Below, piece after piece: positions 1 through 12,493 of a stretch of 64,000 bases of DNA (position 1 is its first letter; each line of letters begins with the position of its first letter). The translations under genes were made by a program, and so were the position numbers. Below the pieces are notes generated by a model. That model saw only the letters and a program-made list of their open reading frames with translations. It searched no databases and was not told the DNA's origin. This DNA comes from Caecitellus pseudoparvulus. Its lineage: Eukaryota > Protista > Bigyra: Bicosoecida. The stretch spans positions 620,001-684,000 of the forward strand of contig CBFFRQ010000043.1 of NCBI GenBank assembly GCA_965644315.1. Direction: 5' to 3'.

Positions 1-3000
1 TTGCGCCTTCCCTGCCTTGCGCCGCCGCTTCGTGCCGCTGGCAGGCGTACCACCACTGCCACTGCCACCGGCCGCTGCCTCGCTCAGCACACGGGGATGT
101 GCCTCCCACAGACGCTGCAGGAGGGTGCAGGCGTAGTACGCCGTGTCCCACGGCAGGGCTGCGGCAGCCTTGCGGGCCTGTGCCTGAGCCGCACGCCGCG
201 CAGCCACGGCAGGCGTCACCACACGCCCCCACCTGTCCACATCCCCGTCACCGCTGGCATCACTGTCGTCGCCCTCCAGCTCCCCGCCGCCACCCGCCAC
301 TCCACTCGGCACGGCACGTGCAGTGTCAGGAGCACTGGCTTGCCCCGACCCACTCGCCGCACCCAGCAACGCCAGACTGCTCCCCCCTGCCGCCGCGGCA
401 TCCTCCACGTCACTCCCATCGCTATCACCATCATCCGCCGCTGCGGCGTCCTCCTCCAAGTGCTGGGCGTGCCGCATGGCTGCCGAGGCAGCATCACTCG
501 CCTGCGCCTCCTGCACGCCCTCCGGTTCAGGCGCCAGGGCTGATCCATCACCCCCATCGCCCGATCCCCACCAGTCATGCCCAAACGTCTCCCTCCCTGC
601 AGCAGCCTTCGCCTCGCTCGCCGCCAGCTTGCTCGCGTACACGCCAGCCAGCTCCTCCTCGGCACTGCGCATGGCACGCACAGCACTGGCCACCTCCTCC
701 GCTGCCCGGTTCATAGCCTTGGCCAGACGACGCCCCACCAGCAGCTCAGGACTGCTGGCGCCCGCCAAGCTCAGGGTGTGCAGCCCCACCCGGCGCATGG
801 CTCCACCCGCCTCGCCACCTGCCCACGACGCAGCCATGTCCAGGAGGCTGCCTGCCTGCCCAGGCTCCACGCTCGCCAGCAGGCTCTGCAGCACGGCGCC
901 CACACCAGCACGCACTTGCAGCATGGGCTCCAGACCCAGCCGCTGCACGAGGGCCACGAACATGGGCGCCGCGTGCTCCGCCAGCACCGGCGGCGGAAAC
1001 TGCTTGATGATGGCCAGCAGCATGTCCAGGACTGCCAGCCGCCCCGCCTGCTGGGAGTACGCCAGGTTGGCCAGGAAGAAGTGCATGTACCCTGCCAGGC
1101 GCTTGGCCGACAGCGGGTAGTGCAGGAGGTACGTGAGGAAGACACGCGCACACTGCGCCCGGGTGGCAGGCCGCGTGCCCTGCACCATGAAGTGAGACAC
1201 CGCGTCCATCGTCTCGTACAGCTCAGGTGCCATGAGGCGGCGTGTGACGATGCACCGCAGCAGCTGCAGCGTCGCGCCGGCCCGCTGGGGGTGCTGCAGG
1301 TCTGCCGCCACCAGCACCAGCAGCGCCGACAGCTGGCCCTCGCTGATGGTCGCCCCACGCAGGTGCTTCAGCATGGCCACAGTGGCCCGGGCCGCACACT
1401 GTGCCAAGGCATCCCGCACTGGGCCAGCGGACCGCCCGCCCCCTGCCGTGGACCGCACGTGCCGCAGGATGGCCTTGGAGATGCCCTTGGCGTTGGGCTC
1501 CATGGACGGCAGGGCTGCAGTGTGCGGCAGCAGCAGGGTCAGACCGCGCAGGGCCAGCGTCAGCAGGTCGCTCTGCCGCGTGCTGGTCAGTGTGTGGGCC
1601 AGCAGCGGCACGAAGGGGTCCAGGTCAGGGAGGGTGCCGCCTTCCTCCGCAGGGGCCAGGGACACCACCCGCTTGCGCAGGGACGCCTGCAGCAGGTTCA
1701 GCCCCAGCCACACCAGCTTGCCAGCGGCCAGGGCATTGCCGCCACTGGACCCCACGGACTCGGACAGCCCGTCCCGCGTCCACACGTACCGGCCCGTCCC
1801 CGTCATGCGTGGCTCGGGCGCGATCTTGTGTGTGTCTGTGGGGAAGGCCGTGATGCCCAGTGCTGCGGCAGATGCTGAGCGGGGCGTCGGGGCGCCTGTG
1901 GACGCCTGTGGCGCAGCAGGTGCTGAACCACCCTCCCCACCACCACCATCGCCCTCCTCCTCAAACACCGCCGCCAATCGCGCAGCCGCTGACGAGATGG
2001 CACCAGCGGACATGAGGGCCCCCACTGCGCCATCACCACTGCCCGTCGCCACCATGCCCGCGTTGCCCAGCACTGCACCCATGCTGGCCTCCACCGCCGT
2101 GTACGGGTCGTGCACTGTCCACGCGGCAGCCTGCCCCAGTGTCCGCCGCCGGGCCCGGGCCGCCTTCTCACGGCGCAGGGCGACACTGGCCCTCGCAGCG
2201 GCCAACAGTGCCTGCCTGTCCCCCGACGCGGCCGCCTGCCCCACACTTGCCGCCGCTGCCATGGCCGCCTCTTTGGCCCGCCACCCCTCCCGCACATCTC
2301 GCCCGGCGTGGTGGGCAGCAGCCAGGGCAGCCTCTGTCGCCACGCCAGGCGTCATGAGGTTGTCCCGCACCAGGCAGAACACCAGCATGAGCAGGCCCGG
2401 CGGCGAGGCACGCACTGCCACGTTGGCCAGCAGCCCAGCCACGCCCTGGCTCAGCAGCTCATCCACCGCCCTGCGCACACGGGCCACTGTGCCCTGTGCC
2501 TTCAGGGCCAGCATGGGCGGCGCCAGCAGTGCGTGCACGGCCAGGTGTGGCAGGAAGGGCACCACGCGCGCCAGGAGGCCGTACGTCTCGTAGGAGCGGC
2601 AGGACTTGGCCTCTGCCAGGGCGATCTTGGGCTTGAACCCCGAGTCCACCTGCCGCGCCAGAGCCACCGCGCCCATGACGTCGTTCATGACCATGTCCAG
2701 CAGCAGGGGCAGGGAGGACACCAGGGCGTCGCTGGCGGGGGACAGCTGCTCATCCCCCTCGCCGTCCCCATCCGCGTCTTGGACACCAGGCGTGGGGGGG
2801 TCCAGCTCCCCCCCCTCCACCAGCCCCGCCAGGATGGCGTGCACCGTGTGCCCCAGCACGTGCACCTGGTACCCCTCCTTCAGCGTACTGTGCAGCGCGC
2901 GCAGCGTGTACGGCATGTACTGTGCCCCCAGCTCCTTGGACACCGCCACCAGCGCAGCACGTGTGCGGTCCCGCACCTCCTGCGTCTTGCTCGTCAACAC

Positions 3001-6000
3001 GCCCGTCATGCGGGCCAGCACACTCGGCAGCTCCACGATGAACACACTCTGTGGCAGCGCCTTCAGCAGCTTCACCAGCGCCAGCGCGATGGGTGTGCGC
3101 AGCTGGGCGGTGCGGGGAGCGCTCCGGCGCAGGCGAGCCAGCGCCATGGCACGCCGAGGGTCTGTGCCGCCGGCACCAGCCGCGGTCACGTGTGCGTCCA
3201 GGCCTGTGGCCCGCTTGGCCAGGGGCTGCAGCAGCTCCTTCAGCTTCGGCAGCACACGCACGTACAGGTGCCGTGCCACATCCCCCGCGTCAGGGGTGAA
3301 GGCCGTGCTGCCCCGCCATGACAGCAGCACACCTCGCAGGCGCTGGGCCCAGGTGAGGGGGGCGACAGGCTGGGCGGGGGTCGCCTCCTCGCTTTCACCT
3401 GCACTGGCACCTGCACTGGCACCTGCCGCCTCGCCCTCACCATCCTCCTGCTCCTCTTCCTCGACATCGCTGTCATCGCTTGACTCACCCTCGCCATCCA
3501 CAGCGCGGCGCAAGGCAGCCAGCCCAGGCACACGCGAGGCTGCCTTGCGCCCCGCAGCCTGCAGCCGCCGCGCAGCCCCAGCCGTCATGGCGCCAGCGAT
3601 GACCACCTGCGTGTCGGGCGGCAGCTCCTCAGCCACCTCCCACGGCAGCGCCTCCACCGCCTGCGCCAAGGCATCCATCAGCGCACGCTGCAGAGCGCCG
3701 TCGGCGTCCTGCTCACCGATCAGCCTGGCCAGCCGACGCAGCAGGTCGGTGTAGGCGGGCCACGCCAGGGCAGATGCGGCGGCACCGATGAGCGTCGCGC
3801 CTGCCCGCTGCAGCTCGTGGAAGTGCGCCGTCAGTGTCTTGCCCTTGCGCTTGCCAGGCGCCACAGGGTGGTCGAACAGCGCCTGCAGCGCCAGCGGCAG
3901 GATGATGTGCTGCACTGTGGCGGGGGCCAGCGCACAGTCGGGTGCTGTGATCACGGCGGCCACACGCTTGAAGGCGCGGGCACGGCGGTGCAACTTGATG
4001 TGTGCCAGGCCCGCCAAGGCGTCACGTGTGGCTGGCGTGTGCGGGTGGCCGTCCTGCCCCGACGCACTGGCGCCGCCCAGCACGACGTCACCCTCCTCGT
4101 CACCATCATCAGCATCCTCCTCCTCCGGCTCAGTGGCGGCACCAGCGCCGCCTGCACCGTCACCTGCGCCACCCTGTGATGCCTGCCCACTGCGGCCTGT
4201 GCTGATGGCACACAGCACTGCCGCGTCGGCGTGGAACAGCCTGCCAAGGTCCACGGCAGGCACCGCAGCGCCGCCTGGCCTGCCCAACACCTCCGGACGC
4301 AGGTGCAGGATCGGGCAGTCTGTCGGCAGCAGGGGGCCAGCACACAGCGGCGTCGTCATCCATGCAGCCGCCTCGCCCTGGGCCGACTCGGCCGACACAC
4401 CCACAGCCGCTGCGGCAGGGGCAGCTTCACACGCCCACCCCCGCACCAGCTCCACAAGCGGCGTGCAGGCTGGGAGGGGAGTGTCAGTTGCAGCCTCACA
4501 GTCATGGGCCCATGTCGCGGTGGATGGACCCACCAGCCACGTCACGTCACCCATCATGCCGCGTGGCCACTCGGCCGCCTCCACTGCCAGTGTCCGGAGC
4601 AGGCGCACGACAGTCCGCCGCACAGTGGACGAGGCTGACGCCAGGGACGTGCGCAGAGAGGGCGCCACCACTTCCACCAAGAGCGCCAACGCCCCTGCAG
4701 CGGACCAGCCACGTGCATCATGGCCACGGCCCTCGTCTGCCCGAGCACACAGCGTGAAGAACGGCACCACGGGCAGGCACAGCGGGCACTGGGTGTGCTG
4801 TGCTGCCCACGAGCCGATGCGTCTTGCGAGGTGGCAGATGATGCCGTCCAGCACGGAGCCTGCAGTGGTGGACACTGCCACGTCGTCGTCATGCAGGCAG
4901 GCAGCTACTTGCTGCAGCAAGGCTGGCGCCAGCACAGTCTCGGGCCCTGGCGTGCCCAGGATGGCCGCCATGTGGCCGCCGCGTCCACCCTCCTCCTCAT
5001 CCCCCTCGCCCGGCTGCAGCGTGCGCAGGGCGGCCAGGATCGTGTCAAAGTCAGGTAGGCCCACCCGCTTGGAGGAGCGGGCGTTCAGCTTTTGCAGAGT
5101 CTGCAAGGGGGCCTGGGCTTCGATGCCAGGGAGGGCGCCAATGAGGCGCACGACCTTGCGTCGCGTGTCACCCAGCACTGCGAAGGGCCCTGGCGCGAGG
5201 AGACCAGTCAGGAGGGGCAGGTGCACCTTGGCTGCTGCGGGGGGGATGCTGGGCGCCAGGCGCAAGAGGACATCAAGGAGTGCCGCCCGTGCATCCCGTG
5301 CCGCCACGCCCCCTGCTGCGGAGCCGCCTGCAGCACCCAGCTCGTCGGCGCCACCCTGGGACACGCCGCCTGCCCGGCGCAGGCGCGCCACGTCTCGCTG
5401 GCTGGGGGCCACCTGGGGCAGGAGAAGAGCGAACAGGCGCAGGGTCATGTCCCCGGCCGCCGCCTGGCCGCCGCCCTGTACGACGCTGTCGGCAGCGTGC
5501 ATGACCAGGGCCAGCTCCCGGCGGGCAAAGGCCTTGGCGGCATTGCGTTGGGCGGCCACGGCCTGCCGCCGAGCCCCCACGCCCATCATGGTGGCCTCGT
5601 CCACCCCGTCCACGTTCACAGGCGCGACGCCGGCGACGTCCCCCTCTTGCAGGGACGTCATGATGGACTCTGCCCGGCCTCGAGCGGCGATGCGCACCGT
5701 GAGCGCATGCAGCAGCAGGGGCAGGTGTGCCCGCAGGCTGGCCGGGCCGGAGGGGATGCGGTACTGCGCTGCCGTGGCGGGGTCCATCCCTGTCTCCTGC
5801 TGCACGAGGGGTGTCAGGGCCGTGGTGCCTTCCCCTGCCTGCCCCAGGGCTGCCACAGCGGCGCCCATGTCCACCGCCTCCGTGCCAGCGGGCGGGCCGA
5901 ACGCCAGGCGCATGAGGGCTTCAGCAATGCTGAAGGCGGGGTCCAGGATGGCGGGCGCAGGGGAGGTGCCGGTGATGACAGATGCCACAGTGACACGGCC

Positions 6001-9000
6001 TTGGCTGGGCAGGCCAGGGTGGGTGAAGTCGCCCGCCCCGTGGGTGCCCTGTGCCACACTGGGTCCCCACACGCCCATGCCTGCCGTCAGCGTCTGCAAC
6101 ACCGCAGGCACGGCGCCCGGGAAGATGGCAGGGCTGAGCAGGAGAGGGGCGGTGGCAGGGTGGCTGGACAGGGCGTGCAGCAGGCGCAGCATGTACGGCG
6201 ACCGCTTGCCCTTGCAGGCGTGGAGGGGCAAGTCCGTCACGGCGGGGGCAAAGGTGGGTCCCAGTGCCGCCAGGAAGTGCGGCAGGATGGGGTGTTCTGG
6301 GAAGGCGCGCACGGCATCCGTGAGGCGCTGCAGGCACAGCCCACGCACCTCCTGGGCGCGGGCGTCCACCCCCTCGCTGCGCTTGCGCGCCAGCAAGGCT
6401 GCGTGGTCCTCCTCCTCCTCGTCATCACTTGCTTCGCTGCCAGAGGCCGAGGCACGGTCCTCCTCCGCGTCTGCCGCCTGGGCTGCCAGCACGGCCGTGG
6501 CGTGCTGGTACAGGGCGGCGATGGGGGCCAGCAGCAGGTGCAGGTGTCCATGCACTGCACGGCCCATCTGCTTGAGGATGTGCTGCGCCATGTGCAGGAA
6601 GCCGATGGCGCGGGGGGCGGGCACTGCGCCTGCCACGGCCCCAAAGAGGTCCACGCAGGCCTGGGCCTGGGCAGCGTCTGTCGGGACTTGCGGAGCGAAG
6701 GGGATGTGCTTGGACCCGGGGAGGAACTCCTGCGCGTACGCCTGCGCCAGGGCCGCGTCCACGGCGTTGGTGGGCGCAAAGCCAAAGTCTGCGGGCATGT
6801 CTGCCACGTCGGCGTCCTCGGGCATGAGCACGGTGAAGGAGCGGAGGGTCAAGTACACCATGGCGGACAGCTCCCGCGGCGCCAGCCCGGCGAGGTAGGA
6901 CAGGATGGCGGCCCGGCGGGCGTACTGCGCGGTGCGTCCCCCCCCTCCCTGGCGCTGCATGATGCGCCCGAAGAGGATGCGGATGAGGGTGGGGATGAGG
7001 GCACGCCGGTGCTCGGTGCCGATGCCGCCGGCGCCTGGCGCCAGGGAGAACCGCGTCAGCTCTGTGCGGAAGGACGCCTCTGTGACCAGGGCAGTCATGG
7101 ATGCCTTGTACGGCACGATGTGGGACGGGCCAAAGGCGAGGAGCAGGCTCAAGCCAGCCTTGGCCAGGCCGCCCTGGGGCTTGCTCAGCAGGCGCACGGC
7201 CAGCTGCTGCAGGGTGTCGGCAGCGGGCACGTGGGCCCACGAGTGCACCTTGGCGAACATGCGGACGAAGTTGGCCAAGCGGTGGGTGGTGTCGCGGGCA
7301 GGCATGGGCAGGGTGGGGGCGCCATCGGCAGCCCGGGGGTCCACCTGGGCGCCTTGGTCCGGCGGCACATCGAGAATGGCAGACAACACCACAGCGCCGC
7401 TGGCAGCCTGGGGCAGGGGACTGCTGTCCACAATGCCGCCGTGGCGGGCGGGGAGTGCGCCCGCGGGGGCGTCTGCCGCCAGTCGCCGCAAGGCACTGGG
7501 CAAGCGCAGCTCAATGGCGTCTGGATCATTGCGCCCAGCGCCAGCGTAGTAATCCCGCATCGTGCTGCCGAGAGCCAGGGCCACCAGGGGCAGGGCATGC
7601 TTGCGCAGGAAGCGCTGCGCCTGCCCCAGCAGCTGAGTGAGGCCTGCGTGCAGGGTGCCTGCATCCACGTGCCCCGCGGCGCCCAGCGCCAAGACCTGCT
7701 CCCGGGCCACGCTGGCCATGAGGAGGCGGCCAGAGGTCCACCGGCCCTCCCGCGCGGCATTCAGGTCCCCCACCTGGTTGGCCACGCTGGGCATGAGGGA
7801 CGCCGCGCCCACGGTGCCGTACACCGCCCCCAACACGAAGCGAGTGTGCAGGCGCGTCTGCTGGGGGGACTCCCGCAGACCCGCCGACCCAGCCAGCGCA
7901 GACACCAGGCGGCCAGCCACCAGCGCGGCGGCGTCCGTGCCGCTCTCCTCGGCTTGGACTGCCAGCGTCTGCGGTGCTGCCAGCACGGCGCCGTCCGTGC
8001 CGTCCAGCAACACGTGCAGCAAGGCAGCGTGGGACAGGTCCACGCTGGGGCGGGCGCAGGTGGCATGCAGGACGGCCCGTGCCAGCAACGGCCAGGCCAG
8101 GGGCTTGACGTGGTGCAGCGCCAGGCCTAGCAGCGCCTGTGCGGCGGTGTACAGGGGCTTGAAGCGAGCGTGCAGCGCGCCCAGCGCCGCGCCCACCACG
8201 GCGGCGCCCTCTGCATCCTCCAGCACGCCGGCAGCCAGCATGCGGCCCCAGCGCTGCAGGCCTAGCGTCAGGGGGCGCTCAGTGAGCAGGGTCTTGGGCA
8301 TGAGCTCCAGCTGGAAGGCCTTGAGCAGCACGTTGCAGGGCCCTGAGAAGGCTGCCAGCACGGTGCCCTCGTCTGCGCCATCCTCGTCGCTGTCGGAGGA
8401 AGAGGAGGCTTCGCTGTCGCTCGCACCATCGCCACCTGCGTCGGCCGCACCTGTGCTCGCGGCTTTGGCGGCTGAGCGAGGCGTGAAGGGCGCGCTGTGG
8501 AATTGGCACAGCAGCTGCAGGGTGAGCAGGCGTGTGCTGCGCTCGGGAGAGGCGAGGGCCACGAGAGCCCACCTGCCCAGGACTTGCCGCAAGGCGTCCC
8601 GGCCCAGCGCCCCGTGCAGTCGCCGCAAGGTGCCATCTGCTGCCAGGACGGGGGCCACGTCGTGAGTCAGCGCCGCTGCTGCGTTGGCTGCCTTTGCGAA
8701 GAGGAAGGCGGACCGCAGAGCCGCGACGCCCAAGCCCCCTGCCAGCAGGCGCTGGCGCATGAAGGCGGCGGTGAAGTGGCTGCCGGCCTCCTCAGCGCCT
8801 GGCCCCGCCACATCGGGTGTGTCGGACAGGCGCCAGGCGCTGTACCAGAGCGCCTGGTGTGTGGCGACGTCCCCGGCCCACTGCAGGGCGAGTGAGATGT
8901 CTGCATCTCCCAGGGCCTGCACGCCCGGAGGGGGGCTCGTCTTTGGCTCAGGGGGGGTCCCGAACGCCATGAGGGCGGTGTCGGCGCTGGCTGGCGCGCC

Positions 9001-12000
9001 ACAGGTAGACAACGTGACGCTTGCAGCGAGGGCCAGCGCCGCTGCCGTCAAGCGCTGGCCCACCACACCCTCGTCAGACAGCATCGCGCGCGTGGGGCCG
9101 CTCCCGCCCAGCGCCGGCATCCAGTCGCCCCCAGCCTTGGCCTTGCGTAGCAGAGCGCGAGCCAGGGCCACTACGGCGGGCAGCACTGCCTCCCCCTCCA
9201 GGTGCAGCGCGCACAGCGCCTCCAGGGCCACACTTGCCTCGGCGAGCTGGGACAGGGTGCCAGTGGGCAGAAGCGCCTGCACCGCCCCCACGATGGCCAG
9301 CGCGACCTGTGTGCCTGACACACCCTGCACGTCTTCGGGGCTAGGCGCCTTGCCGGCGGACATGGCTGGGGCGCTGGCTGTCGCCTCCCGAGGGCGCTTG
9401 CGGGACTGCCGGGCGCGCTGGGACGCTAGTACTGCTGCGTGCCACGCACGGGGTTGCTCCTTGGCGCGCTTGGCGGGGGTGGCGGCCTTGCCCTTGCGGC
9501 GTGGCTTGGCGGCGGTGTCCTGGGCGACGGCACCAGGCTGGCCCGGCGCCGACGCCAGCAGCATGAGGCGTCCCGTGGGCCCCACGCACTTGCCCAGGGC
9601 TGGTGCGAGGTCGTCCAGGGCAGTTCGAGCAGCGCCCGTGGCGGCATCCACCTCCGGCAGAGCCCTGGCCGTCACCTCTGTCGCGCCGTTGAGGGCGTCC
9701 CACATGGCGTGCAGGCTGCTGACGAGGGGCGCGGCGCAGAGCAGGACGGCAGAGGGCGCTGTCGCCGCTGTCGTGGCACTCGCCATGGGCTGCAGGATGG
9801 CCATGCAGCCAGGGATGAGGCTGGCGATGAGCTCCGCGCGCGCAGGCACGGCACGCAGGGCGGCTCGCCCCGCACGCCCCTCGCAGTCCCCCACCGCCAT
9901 CACCAGCGCATCACGGCAGAACGCCAGCTGCAGTGCGGTGAGGGCCAGGGGTGCGGGGGCGCCGGTGCCGGCCGTGGAGGCGGAGGGTGCCGCCGTCCCC
10001 GAGGTGATGAGGGCCAGCGGACCCGCCGCGCCATCTTCCTGCCCACCAGAGACACCTTCACTGTGCTGGCACTGCACCAGCCTTGCAGCGTTGAGCATGG
10101 CTGCGCCGAGGGCGGTGGCCTCAGCTGCAGTGGGAACGCACTGGGTGGTGGTGTGCCCCAGGGACTGGGAGTGGGGCTGCACGCCATCCACGCCCTCCGT
10201 CGAGGCGGTGGCAGTGAACACGCCCCTCACCAGGGCAGTCAGCCCCTCCAGGCGCTTGGCCAGCGCACCGTCGTCTGTGAGGCTGCCTTCCTCGCCGCCG
10301 CCCTCCTCCTCCTCCTCCTCGCTGGCGTGGCCTGGTGCACCTCTGCCCCCCTCCTTCACCTCCTCCTCTTCCTCAGCTGCCGCTGCCTCGGCGGCTCGGC
10401 GGGCCAGCATGGCTGCCACCTTGCCCTGCCGCCTGCGCTTGCCGACGCCACGGGCCAGGCAGACCTTCCAGACGTTGATGAGCAGCATGAGGCCGGCGGC
10501 ACGGGCAAAGCCAGAGCAGAGGCGGTGGCCCAGCACGGCAGGGTCCAGCACTCGCCGCAGGGTGGACATGAGGCGCCCAGGCTCCCCCGTGTCCAGCGTG
10601 AAGCGCCAGCAACTGGCGGCGTGCCAGCGTGTCAAGCAGGCCAGCACGCGGGCAATGTGCAGCGACAGCGAGGCGGCCAGGGCGGCGTCTTGCGTACTGC
10701 GGGCCGGCTCTGGGGCAGCGTGCCCCTCGCCCACCGCGTCTGTGCTGCGTGGGCGCTTGGAAGGGGGGGGCACCCCCGCTGCGGCGGCCCATGCGCCCAT
10801 GGCCGCCCGCACCTCCCCGTGCAGCACCTTCAGCACTGTGCCGGCAGCGTCGTTGCTCAGGCCTCGCTGCAGGGACGTCAGCGTCATCTGCAGCACCTGC
10901 ATGCGGCGCACCAGCTTCGCGTCGGAAGCCTGGGACACCTGCACAGCGTCGGCGGCCTGGGAAGTGGAGGCTGGTAGCGGGCTAGCAGCGGCCTTAGGGC
11001 GGCACGTCTTTAGCGCAGCAGCCAGCAAGTCTGGCGCACGGGAGTGCAGGCCTTGCTGCACGCCCTGCAGCAGTTGCAGGAGCAGGGCGGACATGCCCTG
11101 CTTGAGGTCGTGGGGGCGGTCGCCGGGCTGGTCTGGGAAGGCGCCACGCTGCCAAGGCTGGGCGGCATCTGGCAGGGCGACAGCCCCGAGGCCGGCCCCC
11201 TCCTCGTCTGAAGCAGTACCCATGCTGCGCAAGAGGCCACAGGCGTGCTTGACCATGGCTTTGCTCTCCAGGCGCCGCAGGAGGTACGCGAAAGACTGAG
11301 CGCCAAAGTCACGAATGTACTCCCGAGGGTGTGCCAAGACTGGGCCGTACAGCTCCTTCAACCCTTCGACATCGGCAAGGAGCGGCTGCGAGAGGTACTT
11401 GAACAAGTATGCCAGGGTCTTGAACACCTCTGCCGTGAGCTCGGGCTGTGCAGGGGCAGGGAAAGGGCGGTATGGGAGAGTGTCTGCGGAAATCGACTCC
11501 AGTTTCCGCAGCCTGGCCAGCGCCAGTGCCACCGCCTCGCACGCACAATGGAGGGGTTCAAGATGTCCATTAGGACAAGAAAAATAGACCTAAAGTCTTC
11601 GTACAGTTCTTGGCGCAAGTCCCTGTGCAAAACGTCGAGAAAGCGACGTGCACGCGGCGCTGGCGAAAGAGCAGGAACGAACAGAAGCTCACGCACCGGC
11701 CCAGCACCGTGAGGAGGTGCAGCAGGGACTTCCACGCCATGGTGCGCTCCTTGCGCAAGTGGCGCATGAAGGCGTCCACGATCTTGCGCTTGTGCAGCAG
11801 CAGCAAGGGCATGGTGCGGGAGAGTGGGTACACTTCCCGAGCAAAGTCGCCGTAGTCCCGGCTGCCGTCGATGTCCAGCAGCGTCGTGAGCTCCCCGGAG
11901 AAGAAGCACGCATGCTCGCCACCAGCCTTGGGCGCTGCACCCAGCTCGTGGCTGTCCTTCACCTGGCGCCCGATGGCCACATCCTGCGCGGCAGCTCGCT

Positions 12001-12091
12001 GGGACACGGAGTGGAACTGGAACCGCTTGGCGTGGGCGGCGCCTTCATTCCGGAAGCCGCCCAGGGCCGTGGAGCTGTACTCAAATGCCAT
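1..12091 (-). CDS. UTP20: U3 snoRNP/SSU processome HEAT-repeat protein UTP20; 3' end lies beyond the window
   Basis: ATG at 12091; exons 12091-11697, 11622-11547, 11445-<1 with GTGCGT..CAG introns. The N-terminus KRFQFHSVSQR..FFSGELTTLLDID..YGDFAREVYPLSRTMPLLLLHKRKIV..DLRQELYEDF..EVFKTLAYLFKYL matches the UTP20 N-terminus. The reading frame is the same at 11445 and at position 1, giving about 3970 codons in the window. Confidence 0.9.
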
Positions 12092-12493
12092 GGCGGGGCA
12101 AGCGCAGTCTGTGTGTGATGCCACACTGCCCGTGCTGCGCCGCGGTGCATCTCGTTCGGTTCGGAATTGTGGGTCAGGTGCGAGTGTGCGAGGAGGGCCA
12201 AGCCAGAGCCAGGCGCCTGGCAGGAAGCCATCCCGGCCACTGGGCAATTCGCGCTGCCCGTGCTTGCGTGAGACGTCTCCCGGGGCCGCCCGCCTGCGCT
12301 TTTGTGTGTTGTGTGGATGAGGTGTGCAGTGTGCTGCCTTGTGCCCGCCCAGGCTCCGAACAGCCCCTGGCGTGTCTGCCGCCTGCATCGGTGAGTGCGG
12401 GGCTTCTCCCACGCCTCGTCGCTGACGACAGCAGGGCAGGGCCCGGCCAGCGTCCAGGCCCTCCAGGAACACATCGGGGCATAGGTTCACAAC

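Noticed and set aside
323-11299. Very long + strand ORFs (for example 3788-6898, 5092-8130, 8684-11299)
   Set aside because: These are antisense shadows of the GC-rich UTP20 exon. They give Ala/Ser/Arg-rich translations without domains, and most share one frame.
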